Origin: Squalus acanthias
Taxonomy: Eukaryota
Direction of reading: 5' to 3'
DNA length: 64,000 nt
Assembly (NCBI GenBank): GCA_030390025.1
Contig: CM059431.1
Coordinates: 139,316,001-139,380,000 of the forward strand
A model generated the notes under the pieces. The model was not told the origin of the DNA, ran no database searches, and saw only the letters and a program-made list of their open reading frames with translations. The position numbers and the translations under genes were made by a program. Shown one piece after another: positions 1-11,271 of this stretch; position 1 is the stretch's first letter, and each line of letters opens with the position of its first letter.

Positions 1-8
1 ACTACCCT

Positions 9-2530
9 CTATATGCCCCTCATAATTTTGTACACCTCAATCAGGTCCCCCCTCAGCCAACTCTGCTCTAAGGAGAACATCCCCACCCTGCCCAGTCTCT
101 CATCATAACTGAAGCGCTCCAGCCCAGGTAACATCCTGGTGAATCTCCTCTGCACCCTCTCCAATGCAATCACATCCTTCCTATCGAGTGGCAACCAGAA
201 CTGCACACAATATTCCAGCTGTGGCCTAATCAGCGTTTTGTACAGCTCCATCATAACCTCCCTGCTCTTATATTCTATGCCTCGGCTAATGAAGGCAAGT
301 ATCCCATATGCCTTTTTAAACAACTTATCTAACTGACTTGCTGCCTTCAGGGATCTATGTACATGCACACCAAGGTCCCTCTGATCCTTTGTCCTTCCTA
401 TGTTCCTACCATTCATTCTGTATTCCCTTGCCTTGTTAGTCCGCCGAAAATGCATCACCTCACACTTTTCAGGGTTAAATTCCATTTGCCACTCTTCTGC
501 CCATCTAATCAACCCGTCTATATCGTCCTGTAGCCTGAGGCTTCCCTCCTCGCTATTTATCACTTCACCAATTTTCGTGTCATCTGCGAACTTACTGATC
601 ATACCTCCTATATTCATATCTAAATCATTAATGTACACTACAAACAGCAAAGGACCCAGCACCGATCCCTGCGGTACGCCACTGGACACAGGCTTCCAGT
701 CACAAAAGCAACCTTCGACCATCACCCTCCGCATCCTGCCACTAAGCCAATTTTGGATCCAATTTGCCAAGGTGCCCTGGAACCCATGGGCTCTTTCCTT
801 CTTGACCAGTCTCCCATGCGGGACTTTGACGAAAGCCTTACTGAAGTCCATGTAGACCACATCAGCTGCACTACCCTCATCCACACACCTAGTCACCTCC
901 TCGAAAAATTCAATCAAATTGGTCAGACATGATCTCCCCCTGACAACGCCATGCTGACTATCCTTGTTTGATCCTTGCCTCTCCAAGTGGAGACTAATTC
1001 TGTCCCTCAGAATGTTTTCCAATAATTTCCCTAGCACTATTGTTAGGCACACTGGCCTGTAATTCCCTGGTTTATCCCTACTACCCTTCTTGAATAATTG
1101 TACTACGTTAGCTGTGCTCCAGTCCTCTGGCACCTCCCCTGTGGCCAGAGAGTTTATGAAAATTTGTGTCAGAGCCCCTGCAATCTCTTCCCTTGCCTCA
1201 CACAGCAGCCTGGGATATATCTCGTCTGGGCCTGGGGATTTATCCACTTTTGAGCCCGCTAAAACCGCTAGTATCTCCTCCCTCTCAATACTAATTTGTT
1301 CACGTATATCACAATCCCCCTGCCTGATTTCAATGCCTAAATCGTCCTTCTCCATAGTGAACACAGATGCAAAATATTCATTTAGAACCTCACCTACATC
1401 TTCCGACTCTACACACAGATTGCCTCTTTGGTCCCTAATGGGCCCTACTCTTACCCTGGTTATCCTCTTGCCCTTAATATACTTGTAAAACACCTTGGGA
1501 TTTTCCTTTCTTTTGCCTGCCAGTGTTTTTTCATGCTCCCTCTTCGCTCTCCTAATTTCATTTTAAGTACCCCGCTGCACTTTCTATACTCCTCTAGGGC
1601 TTCCACTGTTTTTAGTCCTTTGTATCAGGCAAAAGCCTCCGTTTTTTCCTAATCCATTCTTGTATATCCCTTGACATCCAGGGTTCACTTGGCTTGTTGT
1701 TCCCAACCATGACCTTTACGGGAGCATGTTGGCGTTGTACTCACTCTATTTCCTTTCTGAAAGACTCCCACTGCTCTGATGTGGATTTCCTGCAAGTAGC
1801 TGATCCCAGTCCACTTTGGCCAGATCCTGCCTTATGATATTACAATCGGCCTTCCCCCAATTTAGAACCTTTATTTCCGTCCATCTTTGTCCTTTTCCAT
1901 GACAACCTTAAATCTCGCCGAATTACGCTCACTCTCACCAAAATGCTCTCCTACTGTCACTTCGACCACTTGCCCGGCTGCATTCCCTAGAATTAGGTCC
2001 AGTACCGCCCCCTCTCTTGTAGGACATTCTATATGCTGGCTCAAAAAGCTCTCTTGGATTCACTTTAACAATTCCGCACCCTCTAAGCCTTTCACACCCT
2101 GACTATCCCACTTAATATTGGGGAAGTTGAAATCCCCTAATAATATTACCCTATTATTTCGACACTTCTCTGAGAATTGCCTACATATCTGTTCCTCTAT
2201 CTCCCCTGACTATTTGGGGGCCTATAGTACACTCCCAGCAAAGTGCTTGCCTCCTTTTTGTTTTTAAGTTCTACCCATATGGCCTCATTAGAGGAACCTG
2301 CTAAGATATCATCCCTCCTTACAGCAGTAATTGACTCCTTGATTAATATTGCGACACGTCCTCCTCTTTTACGCCCCCCTTTGTCTCGCCTGAAGATTCT
2401 ATACCCCGGAATATTGAGCTAGCTGTCCTGCCCCTCCCTCAACCATGTCTCTGTGATAGCAACAATATCATACTCCCATGTGTTCATCAACAGCTTCACT
2501 TCGTCTGCCTTACTCGCAAGACTCCTTGCA
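9..2530 (-). pseudogene. CR1 ORF2 (APE endonuclease-RT), disrupted
   Basis: 494-aa RT fragment at 9-1493; upstream endonuclease/linker region broken by stops and frameshifts. Confidence 0.9.
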
Positions 2531-2696
2531 TTAAAATAAATGCCATCCAGCCTTGTCATACTCCTTTTGCCGTTACATATTTGCTCTGCCTTCCATGCTG
2601 ACTTGTTTATTCCTCTATGTTTGGCTGTGCATCACCCTCTACTATAGCTCCAATCCGTTTCCAATCCCTCTGCCAAGTTAGTTTAAACCACCCCCC

Positions 2697-3633
2697 TTAA
2701 ACAGTACTAGCAAACCTCCCCGCAAGGATGTTGTTCCCATTCCGGTTCGGGTGCAACCCGTCCGACTTGTACAGGTCCCACCTTCCCCAGAAGCAGACCC
2801 AGTGATCCAGGAAACTAAAGCCCTCCCTCCTGCACCAACTCTTTAGCCACGCACTCATCTGCTCTATCGTCCTATTCCTATACTCACTCGCACGTGTCAC
2901 CGGGAGTAATCCAGAGATTACAACATTTGAGGTATTGCTTTTTAATCTGCCACCTAGCTCCCTAAATACTTGTAGCAGGACCTCATCCCTCTTTCTACCC
3001 ATGTCGTTGGTACCAATGTGAACCACAACCTCTGACGGTTCGCCCTCCCCCTTCAGAATGCCCTGCAGCCGTTCAGTGACATCCTGGACCCTGGCACCAG
3101 GGACGCAACATACCATCCTGGAGTCACGTCTGCGGCCACATAAACGTCTATCTGTTCCCCTTACGATAGAATCCCCTGTCACTATTGCTCTCCCACTCTT
3201 TTTCCTCCCCTCTTGTGCAGCTGAGCCACTCGTAGTGCCACAGACTTGGCTCCTGCTGCATTCCCCTGAGTAACCATCTCCCCCCGCAGTATCCAAAAAG
3301 GAAAATCTGTTTGAGAGGAAGACGTACGCAGAGGACTCCTGCACTACCTTCCCAGTTATTTTACTCTCTCTGGCGGTCACCCATTCCCTGTCGGCCTGTG
3401 CACTCTTTACCTGCAATGTGAACCATCTTGTTAAACGTGCTATCCACGAAGATCTCAGCTTCGCGGATGCTCCACAGTGACTCCAGCCCCAGCTCCAGCT
3501 CTGAAACACGGATTTCGAGTAGCTGCAGCTGGAGACACTTCCTGCACATGTGTTCGCCCTGGACACCTAAAGTTTCGCTGAATTCCAACATAGCATTGGA
3601 GGAGCACTCCACGCTGCCGAGCTGCCCTGCCAT
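2697..3633 (-). pseudogene. CR1 ORF1 (zinc-finger/coiled-coil plus SGNH esterase), frameshifted
   Basis: ORF 3361-3633 has ECSSNAM...HMCRKC and a leucine coiled coil. ORF 2697-3566 has GDSIVR, HIGTND and DGLHPN esterase motifs. The frames switch near 3430. Confidence 0.88.
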
Positions 3634-3878
3634 GTCCTACCCTTAATTTACACCATTTACTGCCTTTAAATTAAAGAATATTAAATACACTAGGAACCTT
3701 ACTTCCCTTGAAACACTACTTACTCTAAACTAGAGACCTTACTTTTACTTTAACGACTGGAATGTAAAAATACTGTAGAAATACTCACCGCAGGTTCTCT
3801 GTCCCCTCTTGTGCAGCTTTTTAGCGCCTGCTCTCCTGGAAGCTGACAAAGATAGAGAAAGAAAGGAACACCTCCCTC

Positions 3879-4239
3879 CCCTCACTCACCAAACTAGCAG
3901 CTTAACACTCTGTTCCGATCTGCACTCCGTGACAAACTGCACTCTAGCTTCCCTTATTTATACTGCTGAAATTTAAGTAAGTGAGCTCTCTGGCAGTTAC
4001 TGAACCAGATTAGACCAGTTAATTAATTAATTGCTCTCATCTGCTCTCCAGCGCAGAGCTTGCTTAGCCCTGCCCAAGCCTGGAAGAAACTTAAAACTTG
4101 AAACAGTACATTTCAATTTATGTTAAATGCTAATTGCAAGCATACAAGACAAGATTGTATATAAAAAAAGAAATTAACCTTTAAGATTCACTCCCTCACT
4201 CACCAAACTCGCAGCTTAACACTTTGTTCCGATCTGCAC
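3879..4239. repeat. 47-bp direct repeat (3879-3925 and 4193-4239) in the CR1 5' UTR
   Basis: CCCTCACTCACCAAACTnGCAGCTTAACACTnTGTTCCGATCTGCAC occurs twice with 2 mismatches. Confidence 0.85.
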
Positions 4240-4301
4240 CATGTTGCAGAGGGAGCGGTCCCTACGGAATGCTGAAAGGGGAGCCAAGGGGAAGATGCAT
4301 T

Positions 4302-5353
4302 TAACACTACTGATGGTGACCATTCTCCAACATTACTGGTGGTGATCGTGAATTAACATTACTGTTGGTGACCCTATTCTAACTGAACTTATTGTGACCC
4401 TACTCTGTCATTGCTGTTGGTGACCCTACATCAACATTATTGGTGGTGAAACTACTACAACATTAATGGTGTTAACCCCACTCTGTTATTATTGGTGTTG
4501 AGCCAACTCTAACATTACTGATGGTGTTCCTACTCTAACATTACTGGTGTTCGCTCTACTCTAACATTACTTTTGGTGATCCTACTCTAATATTATTGGT
4601 GGTGACCCTATTCTAATATTACCAGTGGTGACCCTACTCTAACATTACTGGTGGTGACCCTACTCTAACGTTACTGATGGTGAAACTACTCTATCATTAC
4701 TGGTGGTGACCCTACTCTAACATTACTGTTGTTGACACCACTCTAATATTATTGGCGGTGATCCTACTCTAACATTATTGGTAATGACTCCAATCTAACG
4801 TTACTAGTTGCGAAACTATCTAACAATACTTGTGGTGTCCCTGGTTTAACATTACTCTTACTGACCCTACTCTACCACAACTGAATGTGACCCTACTCTA
4901 CCATTCCAAGTGGTGACCCTACTTTAACATTACTGGTGATGACTCTATGATAACGTTACTGATGGTGATCCTACAGTAACATAAATGGTAGTGATCCTTC
5001 TGTAACATTACTGGTGATGCCCCACTCTAACATTACTGGTGGCTTACTTTACTCTAACATTACTGCTGGTAACTCTACTCTAACATTACTGAATGTGTCA
5101 CTATTCGAACATTATTGGTGGTGACTCTACTCTAACCTTACTGTTGTTTACCCTGCTCTAACATAACTGGTGGTAACCCTACTCTATCGTTACTGGTGTT
5201 GAAACTACTCTAACATTACTGTTGGTGAACCTGGTCGAACATTACTGGTCGTGACCCTACTCTATCATTACTGGTGGTGATTCTACTCTGACATTAATGC
5301 CGGTGACCCTACACTGACATTACTGGTGGTGACTCTGCTCTGACTTTAATGGC
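4302..5353. repeat. 26-bp minisatellite (consensus CTACTCTAACATTACTGGTGGTGACC), degenerate
   Basis: Visible 26-bp periodicity; same unit as 30050-31630. Confidence 0.92.
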
Positions 5354-5432
5354 TGTAGGCTTCGCAAAATCCCCCAGAAACTCGAACAGAGCCCTAAAGG
5401 GAGTGATTTTTGGACTTTTCATACAAACTTGG
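5354..5432 (+). repeat. Truncated 5' LTR (first 79 bp), fused directly to pol
   Basis: TGTAGGCTTCGCAAAATCC...AAACTTGG equals the start of the 3' LTR; pol codons (AFVQENLAAFATHKHDCG) follow at once. Confidence 0.93.
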
Positions 5433-8400
5433 CATTTGTGCAGGAAAACCTCGCAGCATTTGCCACTCACAAGCACGACTGTGGGAGGGTAACCGGGGTC
5501 GAGGTTAGTGTACTTGGGGACCCCATGAACCGCCCACAAAAGCAGTATAACTTCCCCAGGGAAGCTTAGACAGACTTGGAAACGGCTTTGACTTCTGTAG
5601 TCAAAAAGGGGATATTGAGACCTATAGTTACCCACGTGAACTCCCCAATGTGGCCGGTTAGAAAACCAGAGAAATCCTGGAGGGCCACAGTAGACTATCG
5701 AGTACTCAACCGAAACATCCCCGCCTGTGCCCCCACGGTTGCAGCCGTAGCCGACCTCATTGGAAGTATCCCGGCATCTGCGACCACCTTTACAGTGCTG
5801 GATATTTCCAACGGGTTCTGGTCCATCCCTCTAAGGAGAGAGGATCAGTACAAGTTCGCCTTTACATTTAAAGGCCAACAGTCCACATGGAACTGTCTGC
5901 CCCAGGGCTACCACAACAGCCCAAGCATGTTTCCCCAATGTATGGTGAATTGCTTGAAGGGCTTCAGCAGGCCCCATCAGCTGGTCCAGTATGTGGACGG
6001 CCTACTCCTTTTTACCGATGAGGGAGAGGAACATGGTCCCCTTCTGGCAGAACTGCTGGAACTGCTCAGGCAAGAGGGCTTTACGGTAAACCCCAAGAAG
6101 GCACAGATTGGCCAGCGGGAAGTCAAATTCCTGGGCCTGGCTGTGCGAGCAGGGGAGAGGGCCATTGACAAAGCTAGAAGGGAAGCAGATCAGGAGTTAC
6201 CAGCCCCCAACACAGTTACAGGGGTAAGGTCTTTTCTAGGGCTAACTGGGTACTGCAGAGATTTCATTGAGGATGACGCAGCCACAGCAGCCCCTCTGCT
6301 CCGACTCCTACACAAGGGAGTGGAGCGGGTTTGGGATGAGGGTTGCGAGGCTGCCTTTGTGAAACTCAAGAGAGATCTGCAAACCGCACCGGCTCTAGGG
6401 GCCATTGATGGAGGGGTAGAGTTTTTCCTGGAGGTAGCAGCCAGTGGGGACAGTCTGAGTATAGTGCTGCTCCAAGAGAGGCATGGCAAGCTGAGACCAG
6501 TGGTTTACTTCTCCAGAATACTCACTGATGTGGAGAGGAGCTACTCCAACTGTGAGAGGCACCTCCTAGCCACTCACTGGGCTGTGAAAAGATCATTGAT
6601 CTTCACAGGCACCTCTCCCATCACACTCCTCACTCACCACACGCCCACCCAGATGCTCTTGGATGGGAGAATTAAAGATGGGACAGTGAGCAGTGCCCGC
6701 ATTGCACGCTGGACCCTGCTTCTCTCACAAATGGATCTGAGGGCCAAAGCTCGCAGCAAACATGATTTACTCAGGGACAGCCCACCGGAGTTCCGTTGAA
6801 GGGGTATGGGAAGTCAACAAAGGTTTGCGAGCTGGGATACACCCCACAGGCCGCGAGATCTACGTGGACGGTTCAAGCACAGTATCAGCTGGCAAACGAC
6901 CCACAGGGTTTGGGATTTATGACCCAGAGGCAGGCATTGCTCTGGCAATCAAGCTCCCCAGCACCATGAGTGCCCAGCAGGCTGAACTGTCTGCGGTGGT
7001 GTATGTAGTCACACACCCCAAGGAATTCCCTACCCCATACACGATTTGCTCGGACAGCATGTTCACATGCAATTCGTGTACAGAGTACCTGGCCATCTGG
7101 TCCCGTCGTGGATAAACCTCCGCCGATGGGAGACCCCTGGCCATCAAGCCTCTGTTGGAGAAAATCCTGAGGGCAGTAGGGGAGGAAGGTAGGGTATACA
7201 TGCAAAAGGTGAAGGCCCATTCCAAGGTAAAGCCCCGCGCAGAGGGCAATCACCAAGCCGACATGCTGGCCAAAGAGGACGCCAGTACAGGCACGTTGTG
7301 GGATCCATATGGATCAAACCCGGTAGCAGCAATAAGAGGCAGAGGAGGGACCCAAGGGAGTGCAGGGGTAGCATTGACCCCGGACTTAAAGACGGTCCAG
7401 GCACGGGATCCCATCCTAAAAACAGTCCTGGAAACGCTGGCTACAGGGGAGAAGATAGAGGGCCCTTACGGCGCAGCAGCCATAACCCGCAAAGAAGGGA
7501 TGCTGTTCAGTGGGGAACAATGGGTAGTGCCGCAGCAGCACCGAAGGGAATTCCTCCAACTGACCCATGAGGGTCCAGGAGCGGTGCTTCCCGGGACTGA
7601 GACCACCTGGCAGCAGGTGGAACAGGCAGGATGGTGGCCAGGACTGAGGGAGGATGTCCGCGAGTTCTGTGCAGGCTGTCTGGTGTGTGCTGCTAACAAC
7701 CCTGAACCCCAGAAAAGGAAGGTATCTATGGGACACATCAGGAGGGTAGAGGGACCATGGCAGTCGATCCAGGTCGACTACATCGGGCCCCTACCCACCG
7801 CTCAGGGAGGCTACAAATACTGCCTAGTCCTGGTGGATGTGTTCTCAAAGTGGGTGGAAGCTTTTCCATGTCGAACAGCTACCGCTTTGGGTACAGCCAG
7901 GATCCTGGTCAGGGAAGTGTTCTCACGATGGGGGCTCCCACAGTATGTGGAGTCAGACCAGGGGAGTCACTTTACTGGGCAGGTCATGCAAGAGACCCTC
8001 AGGGTACTCGGCATAGAAGGGAAATGGCACTTCGCCCACAACCCACAGTCATCAGTGATTGTGGAGCGTTTAAACCGTACCATCAAAGAAAGGCTGCGAA
8101 AGGAGATGGGAGACTCACCCAAAAAGTGGGTAGAAGCCTTACTGTTGGTCCTAATGGGGATCCGGGCCAGCCAGTCAAAAAGCACGGGGTATTCCCCACA
8201 CCAGCTCATGACTGGCAGGATTATGCGGACCCCCACCCATGTGCTAGCCCCGGTGCTCACGGAAGGGCAGCTCAGGCAAGTGAACCGGGACAGATTCGTC
8301 AGGAATCTGTTGGACCACCTTAAACAGGTCCACTGACAGGCTGCGAGTAACATGGGAAAACAGCATCGGAGTAACCGATTGCTGCTGGAACCCCGCAAGC

Positions 8401-8685
8401 ACCACGAGTGGAAAGGTTGGAGATCAGGTCATGGTGTGAAATTTTGCTCGGGTAGGGAGTTTCGAACCATTGTACATGGGGCCCGACAACATTGTAGACA
8501 AGGCAAGCCCCATGGTTTATGCCATAAAGATGCCCCGCCGTACAAAGTGGTTTCTCATCAAATAATGCAAACTGTTTAAACCTAAAAGGGAACAGCCGCC
8601 AAAGCTGGATGGCCCCAAGTTAGAAATCCTCAGCCAGCCGCAGCTGTGGCAGACGCACAAGCTGCAGCGGGACGGACAGTGTTTT
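5433..8685 (+). pseudogene. pol: Retroviral pol: RT, tether (degenerate RNase H), RNase H, integrase
   Basis: RT motifs NSPMWPVRKPEKSWRATVDYR, LDISNGFWSIP, LPQGYHNSP, YVDG (YVDD mutated). Tether FFLEVAAS...PVVYFSR...CERHLLA. RNase H IYVDGS...SAQQAELSA...SDS...KVKAHS...GNHQADMLA. Integrase CAGCLVC, QVDYIGP, SDQGSHF, VERLNRTIK. Stops at 5567, 7113 and 8334; frameshifts near 6755 and 8415. Confidence 0.95.
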
Positions 8686-10690
8686 AACATAAGAACATAA
8701 GAAATAGGAGCAGGAGTAGGCCAATCGGCCCCTCGAGCCTGCTCCGCCATTCAATAAGATCATGGCTGATCTGAACCTAACCGCCAATCTACTTTCTATC
8801 ACAGAACCATCTCCTGCATCTAACAGAATTGCACACACGAAATAGGAGCAGAATCAGGCGACACGGTCCCTGGGCCCGCTCCACTACCCACAGGGCCATG
8901 ACCGGATCCGAACCTAGACTCATGTCCAAATTCCTGCCCGCTCCCCGTAACCCTTAATGCCCTTTACTTCTAGGAAACTGTCTATTTCTGTTTTAAATTT
9001 ATTTAATGATGTAGCTTCTACAGCTTTTTGTGGCAGCATATTCCATGGACCTACCACCCACTGAGTGAAGTAGTTCCTCCTCATCTCAGTTTTGAAAGAG
9101 CAGCCCCTTATTCTAAGACTATGTCCCCTAGTTCTAGTCTCACCCGTCATCGGGAACATCCTCCCCGCATCCACCCGATCCAACCCCTTCACAATCTTAT
9201 ATGTTTCAATAAGATCGCCTCTCATTCTTCTGAACTCCAATGAGTAGAGTCCCAATCTACCCAACCTCTCCTCATATGACCACCCCCTCATCCCCGGGAT
9301 TAATCGAGTGAACCTTTTTTGCACTGCCTCGAGAGCAAGGATGTCTTTCCTTAAGTAAGGACACCAAAACTGTATGCAGTATTCCAGGTGCGGTCTCACC
9401 AATACCTTGTACAACTGATGCAATACCTCCCTATTTTTATATTCTATCCCCCTAGCAATGAAAGCCAACATTCCATTTGCCTTCTTAATCACTTGCTGCA
9501 CCTGCATACTAACCTTTTGAGTTTCGTGCACCAGGACCCCCAGATCCCTTTGCACTTCAGTACTCTCCAGTTTCTTGCCATTAAGATAATAAGTTGCTCT
9601 AGGATTTTCCTGCCAAAGTGCATCACCTCACACTTTCCAGTGTTGTATTCCATCTGCCAAATCTCTGCCCACTTACTTAGCCTGTCTATGTCCCCTTGCA
9701 GGTTTTTTATGTCCTCCTCACTCACTACTTTCCCTCCCATCTTTGTATCATCTGCAAATTTTGATATGTTACACTTGGTCCCTTCCTCCAAATCGTTAAT
9801 ATAGATTGTAAAGAGTTGGGGACCCAGCACTGACCCCTGTGGAACACCACTAGTTACTGATTGCCAGTCTGAGAATGAACCATTTATCCCAACTCTTTGC
9901 TTTCTGTTAGATAGCCAATCCTCTATCCATGCCAGAATATTACCCCCAATCCCGTGATTTTTTACCTTAAGCAATAATCTTTTGTGTGGCACCTTGTCAA
10001 ATGCCTTTTGGAAGTCTAAATACACTACGTCCACTGGTTCCCCTTTATCCACTCTATATGTTACTTCCTCAAAGAACTCCAGCAAATTTGTCAAACATGA
10101 CTTCCCCTTCGTAAAACCATGCTGACTTTGTCCTATTAAATTATGATTATCCAAATGTCCTGTTACTGTTTCCTTAATAATGGACTCCAAAATTTTACCT
10201 ACCACAGATGTTAGGCTAACCGGTCTATAGTTACCAGCCTTCTGTCTACTGCCCTTTTTAAATAAGGGTGTTACATTAGCAGTTTTCCAGTCTGCCGGGA
10301 CCTTAGCGGAATCCAGGGAGTTTTGAAAAATTATTACCAATGCATCTACAATCCCTACCGCCACTTCCTTCAAGACTCTAGGATGTAAGCCATCAGGTCC
10401 AGGTGATTTATCCGCCTTGAGTCCCATTATTTTACCGAGTACCACTTCCTTAGTGATTTTGATCGTGTTTAGCTCCTCTCCCCCTATAGCCCCCTGTTTG
10501 TCCAGTGTTGGGATATTCTTAGTGTCCTCTACTGTAAAGACTGATACAAAATATTCATTCAGTGTTTTTGCCATCTCCATATTTCCCACCATTAATTTCC
10601 CGGTCTCATCCTCTAAGGGACCAACATTTACTTTAGCCACCCTTTTTCTTTTTATATAACTATAAAAACTCTTACTATCTGTTTTTATAT
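8686..10690 (-). mobile_element. 5'-truncated CR1 LINE inserted into the ERV near the pol 3' end
   Basis: RT ORFs 9489-10690 and 8920-9555 (one frameshift); (CTTATGTT)n tail read as AACATAAGAACATAAG at 8686. Confidence 0.95.
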
Positions 10691-11235
10691 GTTGTCTCAC
10701 AGGAGAGGTCACTCCACCGATTATGTATTTAGAGGGTCCCACCCAAAGAGGGTTACAACCCGAAAAAGAGCGCCCAAGAGCAGGGAGCGTTCTAAAGTTG
10801 GGGATTACCAGCCTACAGCCTCCAACAGTGAGGGTTTCACAGGAGAGGTAGTACTGGAAGAAGAAGAGAGAGTAGGGTCCCCCGCCTGCAGCCTCAGGCT
10901 GGGAGGAGCCCACAGATATGAACGGTGGCGCTGCAGCCACACAAAAGGGGGTAGTGTGCTGCAGCACAGGACGCAGCTGGGATGTTAAGATACCCCCAGC
11001 GGTTTTGAGGAAGGCCTTCTGGGTCCGGCGGTACAGGCCGCACTACACCCAGGTGTACAAGCCATCCAGAGGCCACATAAGGCAGAGACTAAACAGGATT
11101 TAACCTGGCCGTCGGTTTTAAGTAATTGCAGTTTTGGTGGTTATGGTTATCACTAGTTTAGTTGTTTGTAGAGTTTTTTAAGTTTAAGGGCTTGATTAAT
11201 TATCCAGCCAGAGAACCTTTCTGGGACATGGATAT

Positions 11236-11258
11236 ATGTTTTGTGTGCGCCCCTACAG
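11236..11258 (+). promoter_or_regulatory. Putative env splice acceptor
   Basis: TTTTGTGTGCGCCCCTACAG ends at 11258, just upstream of the env ATG at 11272. Confidence 0.55.
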
Positions 11259-11271
11259 AAAGGACTTCGGG

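Larger units (their letters stand above)
1..4240 (-). mobile_element. CR1 LINE, near full-length (5' UTR, ORF1, ORF2), continuing past the window start
   Basis: Minus ORF 9-1493 is CR1 RT ([36 protein letters not shown]). Decayed APE endonuclease at about 1900-2530. ORF1 at 2697-3633. Confidence 0.95.

Noticed and set aside
139..1652. Plus-strand ORFs opposite CR1 RT (and similar antisense ORFs throughout, including 50043-50849)
   Set aside because: Antisense shadows of TE coding sequence with no independent motifs
5576..8336. Domesticated NYNRIN/GIN-like gene or ordinary Gypsy element
   Set aside because: Multiple stops and frameshifts, LTRs, dual RNase H and an env gene
10691..10967. N-terminal extension of the minus ORF 9489-10967 as a novel RT fusion
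   Set aside because: Read-through across the CR1 truncation point into antisense ERV sequence
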